Shown here: positions 9,846-19,553 of the stretch, in pieces
How positions within the stretch are numbered: position 1 is the stretch's first letter
Layout: each line of letters starts with the position of its first letter
NCBI GenBank assembly: GCA_963815455.1
Contig: CAWFGO010000001.1
Span: forward strand, 768,001 to 832,000
Direction: 5' to 3'
DNA from: an uncultured Verrucomicrobiae bacterium
GTDB taxonomy: Bacteria > Verrucomicrobiota > Verrucomicrobiia > Chthoniobacterales > UBA10450
Length of the DNA stretch: 64,000 nt
Made by a program: the position numbers and the translations under genes
The notes under the pieces: generated by a model
What the model saw: the letters and a program-made list of their open reading frames with translations, nothing else
The model's database searches: none
Told to the model about the DNA's origin: nothing

Positions 9846-10639
9846 ACCTCGACCGCTGCACCGCCCTGATCACCGGCGCCTCCGCCGGAATCGGACGCGA
9901 GTTTGCTCAACAACTCGCGAACCGCGCCACTGGGCTCGTTCTCGTTGCTCGCCGCGGCGAGCGATTGGAAGAGTTGCGCGCCGAACTGACAAAACGTGCT
10001 CCGAACCTGAAAGTCCACATACGCGTTGTCGATCTCGCCGACAAATCGCAAATCGATGCCCTGATAAACTGGCTCGCCCAAAACAAGATCGACATCGATC
10101 TGCTCGTTAACAATGCCGGCCTCGGTGACTACGGACCATTTGCCACGAGCGATCCGGATCGCACCGATCGGATCATTCAAGTGAACATCACCGCGCTCAC
10201 ACTGCTGACCCGGGGCTTGCTTCCCCCAATGATCACAGCAAAACGCGGAGCGATTTTGAACGTAAGTTCATCCGCCGGATTTCTCCCGATCCCCGGCATG
10301 ACGGTTTACGCCGCGAGCAAAGCCTACGTAACCAGCTTCTCCGAAGCGTTGCGCGCAGAGCTCCGAGGCACAGGCGTCAGCGTGACGGCTCTTTGTCCCG
10401 GCCCGGTGCACACAGAATTCGGGGAGGCCGCCAAACGCCCGGGCCGCGAACCGGAACGCAGCGGGGAGTCGGTCTATGTATCGACGGAGCAGGTCGTTGC
10501 CGATGCGCTTGCCGCCGTTGAAGCCGATCGCCCTCTCATCATTCCCGGTTTTTTCATGAAGCTCGCCATGTTCCTCGTTCGAATCACGCCGATGTCGATC
10601 CTGCGTCGGGCCTCGCGGATCTCTGCCAAACGAGTCTAG
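9842..10639 (+). CDS. short-chain dehydrogenase/reductase (SDR)
   Basis: TGASAGIG, NNAG, YAASK; ATG at 9842 overlaps the upstream stop. Confidence 0.92.
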   Translation: MNLDRCTALITGASAGIGREFAQQLANRATGLVLVARRGERLEELRAELTKRAPNLKVHIRVVDLADKSQIDALINWLAQNKIDIDLLVNNAGLGDYGPFATSDPDRTDRIIQVNITALTLLTRGLLPPMITAKRGAILNVSSSAGFLPIPGMTVYAASKAYVTSFSEALRAELRGTGVSVTALCPGPVHTEFGEAAKRPGREPERSGESVYVSTEQVVADALAAVEADRPLIIPGFFMKLAMFLVRITPMSILRRASRISAKRV

Positions 10640-12738
10640 TTCTCCAGAATGACGCTGACACCGCCATCGCGACGGCCCATGTTAACCTCCATGCTTGATT
10701 CGTGACGGATAAGAGAGATATCGACGCTGACATCGCCGACGCGTAGGCGATTAATTTTCAACTCTGGTAGGAACTCGGGCAGAAACGGTTTGGTAAATAC
10801 GATCTTTCGTTCCAGCCCATCGATCTTGAGTCCGAGTGAGGCGCCGAGCAGGAGAAAGACGGCACACGCGGCCCAGGTTTGTGGGGAACATGAAACCGGA
10901 TAGGGCGTCGGGCCTTCGTTGGCAATCCGCGGAAAGCCGCAGAATAATTCCGGGAGGCGTTGCGAATCGAAGAACCTTGTCGCGTCGAACAGTGCAGTGA
11001 AAATTTTCGTGGCTTCTTGGTTGAAGCCGTAACGCGCGAAGCCGGCGGCGATGATCGCATTGTCGTGCGGCCAGATGGAGCCGTTGTGATACGATCGCGA
11101 ATCGTAGGGCTTCTCGGTTGCGGCGACGGTGCGAATTCCCCATCCCGAAAACGATTCTTCGCTCATGAGCGTCGCCGCTACGCGGCGGGCCCGATCTTCG
11201 CTGGCGAACCCGGCGAACAGACAATGCCCGGCGTTTGAGGCACGGACCCGGCAGAGCTGTTTCTTGCCGTCGAGAGCCAGAGCGTAGGTGGAAAGTTCGT
11301 CGCACCAAAATGTTTTCTCGAAACGCCGGCGTAATGTTTCCGCCTCGCGCGTCAGCTCTCCCGCGCGCGCTCCGTTTCCGAGGACTCGCGCAATCTCCGC
11401 AGCTGCGAGTTTCGCCGCGTAAACGTAGGCCTGCACTTCGCAAACTGCGATCGGTCCCTCCGCCGGCGTTCCGTCGGCGTGAAAGATCGCATTATCCGAG
11501 TCTTTCCAGGCTTGATTGCGCAGACCGCCGCGCGCGGAACGTTGATATTCGATGAAGCCGTCCCCATCGACATCGCCGAAATTGTCGATCCAATTGAGGG
11601 CACGCTCGACGTTAGGCCAGATTGACCGGATAAGATCGACATCGCCGGTGCGCTCGTAGTAGGCGCCGGCCAGCATCACGAATAGCGGCGTTGCATCGAT
11701 CGAGCCGTAGTATCGATCGAACGGCACCTCGCCCAGGATCGACATCTCCCCGTTGCGGGTCTCGTGCAGGATTTTTCCCGGCTGTGCGTCCCGCTCTGGG
11801 TTTTCCTCATCCGCCTGCGTCGCGGCGAGATAAGACAGAACACCGCGGGCAATGTCCGGATTAAACCAGAGGCATTCGAGTGCCGTGATGATCCCGTCTC
11901 GTCCAAAGGCAGTGTTGTACCAGGGAAGACCAGCATATGGATACGGACCAAACGGCGTTTCAGTCCGCATCAGGTGAAGATCGGCGATCGAGCGATTCAA
12001 CCAGGCGTTGAACTGCTCGTTCGGCGTGACGATCTCCGGCTCCCGAGCCTTCAAGGCACACAGTGCCGCCGCCGCTTTCGTCGCTGCTTCATCGTAATCG
12101 AGTAGCGATTCACTTTTCGGCTGACAACGGATTGTGATGTTTTGGATCGCTTCTTCTCCGGCTCCGAGTTGGATACGATGTTGCGCGCGCGATCCATCCA
12201 GTTCCGTTGGCACTGGATCGAGCCGGATCGATGTCCGGCGGAGTTGTCGATCCAATCCTTCGTAGGCCAACTCGATGGTATTTCCGCTCGTCCGAATCGG
12301 GAGACGATCGCCGCGGCGCTCGCGCTTGATGCCGCGGACTTCGAACAGATCGGCAAAATCCGCATCGAATTCCAAAGCGATTACGAACTCGACGGCTTTG
12401 CGCCCTGAATTGTGGATGTGCAGCCGGTCGTAACAAGCCGCTTCCCACAAGAAGCGTGAGCGGGAGACGCGGATCGTCCCGTGCGGAATCAGAACGTCGC
12501 CATCCCTCAACAGGTCGGGAGTGGTAAGATCGACAGTCAGCACGGTGTTGTCCGCCGTAATCGACGTGCCCACCACCAGCAACTTCTCGCTTCCGATCCG
12601 CAGCCGCAGCCGGGAAAGAAAACGAGTATCCCGATGATAAAGCCCGAGCCCGGAAGAGCCCGCACTATCTATGTCGCCGGAGGGATCGAAGACCGCGAAG
12701 GTGTCCCCGTGCTTGAGCACCTTCGCGCAATCAGTCAC
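10636..12738 (-). CDS. amylo-alpha-1,6-glucosidase / glycogen debranching enzyme family
   Basis: GLYHRDTRFLS N-domain, AGLPWYNTAFGRD, YYGSIDATPLF, NQAWKDS, SYHNGSIWPHDN, RLPELFCG. Confidence 0.9.
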   Translation of the reverse strand: MTDCAKVLKHGDTFAVFDPSGDIDSAGSSGLGLYHRDTRFLSRLRLRIGSEKLLVVGTSITADNTVLTVDLTTPDLLRDGDVLIPHGTIRVSRSRFLWEAACYDRLHIHNSGRKAVEFVIALEFDADFADLFEVRGIKRERRGDRLPIRTSGNTIELAYEGLDRQLRRTSIRLDPVPTELDGSRAQHRIQLGAGEEAIQNITIRCQPKSESLLDYDEAATKAAAALCALKAREPEIVTPNEQFNAWLNRSIADLHLMRTETPFGPYPYAGLPWYNTAFGRDGIITALECLWFNPDIARGVLSYLAATQADEENPERDAQPGKILHETRNGEMSILGEVPFDRYYGSIDATPLFVMLAGAYYERTGDVDLIRSIWPNVERALNWIDNFGDVDGDGFIEYQRSARGGLRNQAWKDSDNAIFHADGTPAEGPIAVCEVQAYVYAAKLAAAEIARVLGNGARAGELTREAETLRRRFEKTFWCDELSTYALALDGKKQLCRVRASNAGHCLFAGFASEDRARRVAATLMSEESFSGWGIRTVAATEKPYDSRSYHNGSIWPHDNAIIAAGFARYGFNQEATKIFTALFDATRFFDSQRLPELFCGFPRIANEGPTPYPVSCSPQTWAACAVFLLLGASLGLKIDGLERKIVFTKPFLPEFLPELKINRLRVGDVSVDISLIRHESSMEVNMGRRDGGVSVILEN

Positions 12739-13347
12739 TTATCGGTACTTGATCGAGCACCCGTAAGGTTTGGTATTGGCCGTGGAGACCGATTTGCCGG
12801 CCATCGATTCCTCCAGCGCGACTTTGACGTAATTGGTCGAGCTTGGAATATCGGCCGGGTTCGGGGTGGCTTTGCTGTCGATCGCGCCTGCGTAGACGAT
12901 TTTGCCTTCAGGATTGATAATCACCATGTCCGGGGTGTTCTTCGCGCCGTAACTTTTCCCGGCTTGCCCTTGCGGATCGAGAAGCAGCGCCGTTTGACGT
13001 GTTTTCCACGAATTCATAATCTTCTCGGCTTGTTCCGCCGTGAGATAACCTTCCTTCCCGGGCGCGGATGAATCAATGGTGAGCCACACAACGCCTTTGC
13101 CGGTAAATTCCTCCTGCAGCTTTTGCATGTTGTCGCTGCCGTAATGTTTCTTCACAAATGGGCATTCCGGATTGAACCACTCGAGGACAACATATTTGCC
13201 TTTGTAATCGGCCAGCGAATGCGTCTTGCCTTTGGCGTCGGAAAGCGAGAAGTCGGGAGCGGAGCTCCCGATCGGCGGCACGTCTTTAGCGAAAAGACCG
13301 GTTGCGAGGAGTGCTGTTGCGAGGATGAGGATCGATTTTGTTTTCAT
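12739..13347 (-). CDS. exported thioredoxin-like / redoxin (AhpC-TSA fold) protein
   Basis: signal peptide, APDFSL, EWFNPECPFV, YAGAID, C-terminal PYGCSIKY. Confidence 0.85.
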   Translation of the reverse strand: MKTKSILILATALLATGLFAKDVPPIGSSAPDFSLSDAKGKTHSLADYKGKYVVLEWFNPECPFVKKHYGSDNMQKLQEEFTGKGVVWLTIDSSAPGKEGYLTAEQAEKIMNSWKTRQTALLLDPQGQAGKSYGAKNTPDMVIINPEGKIVYAGAIDSKATPNPADIPSSTNYVKVALEESMAGKSVSTANTKPYGCSIKYR

Positions 13348-13350
13348 AAA

Positions 13351-15468
13351 TTATTGAGAAGCGACACTGCGGTTAAAGGATTCCAGTTTGTCCAGAATCA
13401 TACTCTTGGTCAGCAATTCCGGAAACACAACCGGTTCCGCGGATTTGCCGGGATAGAGCACATACAGTGGGACACCCGGGCGGCCAAAATGTTGCAATAA
13501 TTTTGTGATCTCCGGATCGCCGTTGGTCCAGTCGGCCTTCAGCTTGACGATGCCGTGGCGTTGAAACGCGTCGCGCACGGCGTCGCTCTCGAGCACGCTT
13601 TTCTCGTTGAATTTGCAGGTGAGACACCAGGCGGCAGTGAAATCGATGAAGACGGCGCGCCCCTGATCGAGTTCGCTTTGCAGGCGCCCCGGAGTAAACC
13701 TTTGCCAGTCACCCGCCTGCTGCGATGTCGCATCGAGCTTCGACATTCGGAATTTTCCTCCGATGAAATACGCTCCGCCACCGATCAGGAGCAGGAGCAT
13801 GAGCAGGAGCACCATCGTGCGCTTCGCGGCGGAGGCAGTCGGCAAGACGAACGCGCCTTTCATCCAGCAGGCGATGCTCACGACGAGGAGGAAACAACTG
13901 GCCCAGATCGCGCCGTCAAGGCCGCGTTGCGCGCCCAGAACGTAAAGAAGAAAGAGCAACGTGGCGATCAGGAGAAAGCCCATGAACTGTTTCACGTGGA
14001 CCATCCACGGCCCCGGCTTGGGCAGAAACCGCAGCCAGGCCGGTTGCGCACTGAGCAACAAATAGGGCGCGCTCATTCCGGCGGCGATGGCCAGAAACAT
14101 CGACAGAATTACCGGGGCGGATTGAGTAAAGGCGAACCCGAGCGCTGTGCCGAGAAACGGTGCGGTGCATGGCGTGGCCAGAATGGTCGCGAACACGCCT
14201 TGGAAAAATGAGCCGAGATCGTCTTTGCGTTCCGCAGTCGAAAGCAAACCGCGGGTCGTGCTTTGCGGCAGGGAAATCTCGAACACGCCGAATAGATTCA
14301 ACGCGAAAACGAGGACCAGCACACTCATTCCCAGAACGAAATACGGATTCGTGAACTGCAAGCGCCCAGGTGATCTGATGACCTGCCGATTTCAGCGCGA
14401 CCAGGATCAGCGCCAGGCCGACGAACCACGCGAAGATGCCAGCCACGAAAGCCAGACCGCTCCGCAAAATGCGTTGTCGATCTTGTCCGGCCTGTTTAAC
14501 GAATCCGAAAATCTTCAGCGAGATCACCGGCAGCACGCACGGCATCAGATTCAAAATGAACCCGCCGATAAAACCGAAAAGGAGAAACGTGAAGAGTCCG
14601 CGCGACTGGGCAGGCACAGACGCCGCCTCAGGCGACTTCGATTTCAACCGAGAGCAACCAACTTGTGCGGTTCGGATCGGTCGGGCCCTGGCCCGCTACA
14701 ACAAGCCCGCGGATTTGATCCGTTGGCGCGGTTTCGAATGGGACGGTAATGGTGAGTTCATCTCCCTGCGCGGTCGCTTTTGGATGTCCAACAACGCTTT
14801 TCTCATCCGGCAGCGGATAAAAATCGACGTAGGGATAGTTTGCGACCGCTGCCGTGTTAAAGGTCACCGAAAGTTCAGAAGCTTTGTGTGGTCCACCGCT
14901 TAACGAACATCGCGCGATCGGGCCATGGCTGTGGCAGCATCCGACGAAATTGTGCGAACAGGTCCGCGTTCGCGGGGAGGCTCGATGTCGAAGTTGGCAG
15001 TTCCATCTGCACATTGGCGCTGCCGGGAATGCAGATTTTTTCGCAAACGAGCCAATTCGCTTCGGCCGAAAGCTTCATGTTCGGCTCGGCAATGGATGCT
15101 GGTGGAGTAATTTTCTGCATGAGCAGAACTTCGTCGTGGTACCCGTAGATCTGGATGTCGCCCGGTTCGTCGAGCTTGAGCGGAATCGGCCATTGAATTT
15201 CGCCAACTTTCCAGCCCGGCGGCAGATTCCATTTGATCTCGGTGGGAATCCCGGCGTCACCCGGAAATTTCCAATAGGTGTGCCAGCCTGGCGCCATTCG
15301 CAGCAGGAGTCCGACCGTGAACGGGTTACCGGGAACAACTGCAGTCGTATCCGCCACCAGGCTCGCTTTGACGAGCACTTTGCCCCCGTAGGTTTGGGCC
15401 TGAAGCGACGCGACCCCGGCAAAGATCGACAACAGCACTGCGCCGGCGATCGTTCTAGCCACCTTCAT
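13351..15468 (-). CDS. dsbD: DsbD-family protein-disulfide reductase (frameshifted into about 4 pieces)
   Basis: GWHTYWKFPGDAG and LVCEKICIP N-domain; ILNLMPCVLPV and LATPCTAP TM domain; DFTAAWCLTCK thioredoxin domain. Confidence 0.88.
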
Positions 15469-15530
15469 ACAGACACCTAACATCGCAGCGCGTTCGCAGC
15501 AATGGCTCGGCAAGTGCTCCAAAACAGAGA

Positions 15531-15770
15531 ATGCGCGGATTCATCATCTTTCTGCTCGTCGCCGGACTCGGCTTTGTCTTCCTCCGCCAGAAAGAGGGTC
15601 AGACGCCATCTCCTCCCGCCAAATCGGCAGCGGCCCAGCCCGCGGCCCAGCTAACACCCGCGCCACGCGGCCAGGCGTCGGAGCATAATTGGATGAAACG
15701 CGCCCTCGATCGGGCCGCCGACGTTAGAGATAAGTCCCGCGCGCAAACTAAAGAAGCGCAGGATCCGTAA
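15531..15770 (+). CDS. small hypothetical membrane-anchored protein
   Basis: 79 aa, N-terminal hydrophobic helix, fills the intergenic space. Confidence 0.6.
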   Translation: MRGFIIFLLVAGLGFVFLRQKEGQTPSPPAKSAAAQPAAQLTPAPRGQASEHNWMKRALDRAADVRDKSRAQTKEAQDP

Positions 15771-15814
15771 GCGTTATCCTGTCACTCCGAGGATGACAGC
15801 GCGCTGAATGCCGG

Positions 15815-16330
15815 CTATTGGACCCCGCTGCCTCTGCTTACTTGGGTGCGGACCGACGCTTTGAATTCGCTCAGACCGTTGACCGCTTCGCCTTGGTTGG
15901 TCAAAACAGATTCGCGACCGGCTTGATCGCGCCGAACGTGAAACCGGCCATACATGATCCCAACGAGCGGGATAAACTGGGTGCCGTTGTTCTGCACGAA
16001 AAGAATGTCTCTGTCGCCCACGGCAAACTTGGGCGCATCGGTCACGCCCATCGATTCATCGCCGACTGTCCCGCCGAGCATCCGGATCGTGTAGGATTGA
16101 CCGGGATTGCCTTTGAGGCTGTCGTCGATCCTAAAGGTGACGTAGCTGACGATATTGCGCTGTGCGCCTTCACCGACCCATTGCGACTTCACTGCGGTCA
16201 CTTCGCCTTGGAAAATGACGTCGGCTTGATTGACAAGCTCGTCGAACGTGGGCGGGATCACGGTGGTTGCTTGCGTTGCCGGGATAAAGGCAGCGACGGC
16301 GGCCAGGAAGAGGATAGAAGATTTTTTCAT
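15815..16330 (-). CDS. secreted hypothetical protein, possible TIMP/NTR-like fold
   Basis: signal peptide then TTVIPPTFDELVNQADVIFQGEV..LKG..GG..P.F..G..LF; directly downstream of the matrixin gene. Confidence 0.7.
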   Translation of the reverse strand: MKKSSILFLAAVAAFIPATQATTVIPPTFDELVNQADVIFQGEVTAVKSQWVGEGAQRNIVSYVTFRIDDSLKGNPGQSYTIRMLGGTVGDESMGVTDAPKFAVGDRDILFVQNNGTQFIPLVGIMYGRFHVRRDQAGRESVLTNQGEAVNGLSEFKASVRTQVSRGSGVQ

Positions 16331-16367
16331 GGAGTGATTTGGGACGTCAAAGATTTGAAATGATTAC

Positions 16368-17465
16368 TTATTTCTTAATGCTCACAGTGGCGTTGGTGGG
16401 AGATGAAACCCTATAGCCCGACCCGGACGAAAGGGTCATCTTGGCTGCCTTCGCCTTCTTGGCCACTTTTAGTACAGTCAGGACAACCTCGGTGGAACTG
16501 GCTCCGGCCGGAATAATCGCCTGGCCGTAAGTTCCGCTTAACGAATAAATTGTTCCCCGCTTGGCGCTGCCACTCATGGCGTATCGGACGGTAACCGAAT
16601 TATTCGGATCAATAACCGAAGCGGCGATCGTGTAGACTGCCGTGCCGCCCGCTCCCACTGTAGTCGGCGAAGCCGAGACGCTAACGACAGGGGTTGGATT
16701 TGGAGTGGCGGTCGGAGTCGGAGTCGGCGTTGGTGTCGGAGTCGGTGTTGGCGTTGGCGTGGGCGACGGCGTTGGCGTTGGCGTTGGCGTTGGTGACGGT
16801 GTTGGCGTTGGTGAAGGAGTCGGTGTGGGAGTTGGCGACGGCCCGGGTGCGCCATAAATGCTCTGGCCACCGTCGATGTCATCACTGGCAAGAGCATCGA
16901 GATTGCTCACGATCGAGTTCATGATCGCGCTAACGTGCTGGCCGCTTTGATCGGGATGTCCCAGGCCCAGGGCGTGCCCCGCCTCATGAAGCAAAACCCG
17001 CCGGATGTCAATTGCGGATCGGAGCGAGCCTCGGTAGGAATCGAAGCTCCTGTTTTGATTAAAAAGGATATCTGCCTCGATCATCCGAGAGCCCGAATAC
17101 CGGTAATAGGTCACCGCCAGGGTGTTCGCGCCAAAGCTTTGACCAAAAACGGTGTCCGAAAAAACGACCGAGTTGAGGCCATCGCCGGAAGAGGCAGTGG
17201 AGCCTCCACTTGCTGAGGCCAGCTGGATTCTCTCAACGTTCAAGTCCCAACTGGTAAGGGCGGGCTCGGCCGCGGTGTCCCATGAGGTATTGCCGTCAAT
17301 CAAAGTGCGACCGGCATTGCCGAGGCCCATTCGAAAAGTAACTGTGGTTCCCGAGTTCCAACTAGGTCCCTCCAGAACATAGGCGCGCAATCCTACGGGA
17401 AATGCAGCCAAAAACAGGGCGAGGGTGGTGCTGGCAAGAGTGGAAAATGCGAATTTGCGTCTCAT
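16368..17465 (-). CDS. secreted matrixin-family (M10-like metzincin) metalloprotease with Pro/Thr linker and C-terminal Calx-beta/Ig-like domain
   Basis: [11 protein letters not shown] zinc motif, Met-turn AIMNS, EADILFN, (PT)n linker; start at MRRKF inferred. Confidence 0.88.
   Translation of the reverse strand: MRRKFAFSTLASTTLALFLAAFPVGLRAYVLEGPSWNSGTTVTFRMGLGNAGRTLIDGNTSWDTAAEPALTSWDLNVERIQLASASGGSTASSGDGLNSVVFSDTVFGQSFGANTLAVTYYRYSGSRMIEADILFNQNRSFDSYRGSLRSAIDIRRVLLHEAGHALGLGHPDQSGQHVSAIMNSIVSNLDALASDDIDGGQSIYGAPGPSPTPTPTPSPTPTPSPTPTPTPTPSPTPTPTPTPTPTPTPTPTATPNPTPVVSVSASPTTVGAGGTAVYTIAASVIDPNNSVTVRYAMSGSAKRGTIYSLSGTYGQAIIPAGASSTEVVLTVLKVAKKAKAAKMTLSSGSGYRVSSPTNATVSIKK
16694..16842 (-). 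repeat. coding hexamer repeat encoding the (Pro-Thr)n linker
   Basis: repeated GGCGTT/GGAGTC/GGTGTT units on + strand, read as PTPTPTP on - strand. Confidence 0.85.
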
Positions 17466-17634
17466 GGTTGGGAGAGAGAAAAGGGTTAGCACAGGGTAGA
17501 GGGAGCTGGTTTCTTTATAAAAACCATAAAGCACGATGCGTGCTCATTGGGTTTTCACCGGGCCTTTTTCTTCGAAAAAACCTTTCGGCGGCAACATCAG
17601 AGCACCTATGGCCGGCAATGGGCTTTCCAGTGAT

Positions 17635-18198
17635 CTATGGAACAACGAATATCTTATCGGTCCAAGGATCCTTAACTTTGCTGCCCCGCGTGTAACCGCT
17701 TACGTCAACGTATCTGCCCTTCGGATCGAATGGGCTAAACACATAACCCGGTTTGTCGGGAACCCGCTTCGCGGTTGGATATTCGGTCTGCGCGGCCGCG
17801 GCTTTTTGTGAAGATGAGCCCGCCTTCTGTGAAGCCTTCGATTTGCGGCGCGCCATTTCTTTTCGGGCCGCTTGTGGGGTTGGCGTTGGAGATGCGCCCT
17901 TTCCAATCAAGCGTCCCGGCGGCTGCTTGGGAGCAGGCGAAGAACTTGCCACCGGATGTCCCGGAGACGTGACATCAGAAGCCGTCGTTCTGGTCGTTCG
18001 TGTGACGACGGTTGTCGTCGTCGTTGTTCTCGTCCCCGGTTTCGGCTTGTTAGCGCCTTTTTGAAACAATCTCGCGGGGGCCGTAACGACGTGATACGAG
18101 GTGGACCCGACACTGCGCATAGCCTGACACCCTTCAAAAGCGGTTCCGGCAAAGATCGCCAGCGTGACGTAGATCAATAAACGCGCCTCTGAATTCAT
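17635..18198 (-). CDS. putative lipoprotein, Thr-rich, with a short C-terminal domain
   Basis: lipobox-like FEGC, poly-Thr tract, C-terminal YPTAKRVPDKPGYVFSPFD..VDVSG..VKDPWTDKIFVVP. Confidence 0.7.
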   Translation of the reverse strand: MNSEARLLIYVTLAIFAGTAFEGCQAMRSVGSTSYHVVTAPARLFQKGANKPKPGTRTTTTTTVVTRTTRTTASDVTSPGHPVASSSPAPKQPPGRLIGKGASPTPTPQAARKEMARRKSKASQKAGSSSQKAAAAQTEYPTAKRVPDKPGYVFSPFDPKGRYVDVSGYTRGSKVKDPWTDKIFVVP

Positions 18199-18254
18199 CC
18201 GGCTGCTTTATACAATGTCCTTTGCAGAGCGCAACTACGATGGCAGCTCGCTCA

Positions 18255-19292
18255 TCATTTTCCCTGCAGCACCGCTACATCTTCAACGAAATCGGCAATC
18301 TCCTTGTCCGTCACCGCCCACGAACACATCAGGCGATAAATATCAGGCTCGATGAACTTGTAAAAATGCCATCCGCGTCCGCGAAGGCCGGCTACGAGAT
18401 GGTCGTTCATTCGCACAAAGGTGCCGTTCGCTTCCACCGGATAAGCGATGTCGATCTTCGCTTGCGTTTGGAGCTGTTCGGCGAGTGTTGCGGCGGCGCG
18501 ATTAGCGTGCCGGGCATGGCGCAGCCAAACGTCATCGGTCAGAATGCCGATCCATGGTGCGGCCAGAAAGCGCATCTTCGACCCGAGCTGCCCCCCTTGT
18601 TTGACCCGATAATCAAATTCACGCGCGAGATCCCTCTTGAAGAACACGACGAGTTCTCCCGCAGCCAGGCCGTTCTTGGTGCCGCCGAAGCAAAGGACAT
18701 CGACGCCTGCTTGCCAGGTTATTTCCTTCGGCGCACAACCAAGCGAGGCAACTGCGTTGGCGAAACGCGCGCCATCCATGTGAATGAAGAGCGAATGCTT
18801 CGCCGCAAGTTCTTTCAGCGCGCTCAGTTCCACAGCGGTATAAACCGTCCCAAGCTCGGTTGATTGGGTGATGCTTATTACGCGCGGTTTCGACGCATGA
18901 AGCTCGGGCTGCCGGGCAATCGCAGCGCCGGCGTCGTCAATGTCGATCTTCCCGTTCGCCCCGCGCGTCAGCAACAGCTTCGACCCGGAAAAGAATTCCG
19001 GCGCACCGCACTCGTCGGTTTCGATATGCGCTTTTTCATGACAAATGATGCTGTGAAACGGCTGGCAAAGCTGTGCCAAAGCCAGAGCGTTAGCCGCCGT
19101 GCCGTTGAAAACCAGGAAAGCCTCGCAATCCGTTTCGAAAATTTCTCGCACCCGTTCGCACAGTTGGTTCGTCCACCGATCGTCGCCATAGGATGGCGCG
19201 GAACCAGCGTTCGCTTTTTGGATCGCCTCCCAGGCTTCCGGGCAAAGTGGAGCGGTGTTATCGCTCTCAAATGGATGTCGATCCAGATTCAT
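18255..19292 (-). CDS. ltaE: low-specificity L-threonine aldolase (PLP-dependent)
   Basis: FESDN, YGDD, NGTAAN, HIETDECGAPE, HMDGARFANA, FGGTKNG. Confidence 0.9.
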   Translation of the reverse strand: MNLDRHPFESDNTAPLCPEAWEAIQKANAGSAPSYGDDRWTNQLCERVREIFETDCEAFLVFNGTAANALALAQLCQPFHSIICHEKAHIETDECGAPEFFSGSKLLLTRGANGKIDIDDAGAAIARQPELHASKPRVISITQSTELGTVYTAVELSALKELAAKHSLFIHMDGARFANAVASLGCAPKEITWQAGVDVLCFGGTKNGLAAGELVVFFKRDLAREFDYRVKQGGQLGSKMRFLAAPWIGILTDDVWLRHARHANRAAATLAEQLQTQAKIDIAYPVEANGTFVRMNDHLVAGLRGRGWHFYKFIEPDIYRLMCSWAVTDKEIADFVEDVAVLQGK

Positions 19293-19371
19293 CCCGCTCG
19301 TCTGCTACGCGAGTCTTTCCCACCACGCAACCGGGAACGAAAAAATCAATCGATCGACAAACGCCCTTGCT

Positions 19372-19433
19372 AAAAAGGGATTGCCTAACGGACCCGAGCC
19401 CTGGGCCTGCAGAGTCCGCCAGGCAAATCACCC
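19372..19433 (-). terminator. long hairpin followed by a U-tract on the - strand
   Basis: - strand GATTTGCCTGGCGGAC..GTCCGTTAGGCAATC (G-U pairs form only on the - strand) followed by CCTTTTT. Confidence 0.5.
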
Positions 19434-19553
19434 TCTGCTTGTTCCCAAACTCGCATCCCTAATCGCGAATGTGAATCTGGGCTTCACCAATGATTCGAAT
19501 TGAGGACGCCAATTGCGCGCATCAGGGGCGGAGAAACTTCAAGGGACGGCTTT

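Noticed and set aside
16694..16842. Possible CRISPR or VNTR array
   Set aside because: It is a degenerate hexamer repeat encoding a Pro/Thr linker, with no repeat-spacer structure and no cas genes in the window.
19293..19553. Glycine riboswitch or SRP RNA upstream of ltaE
   Set aside because: The glycine aptamer (GGAGA..CCGAAG..CTCTCAGG) and SRP (CAGG..GNRA..AGCA) consensus motifs are not present.
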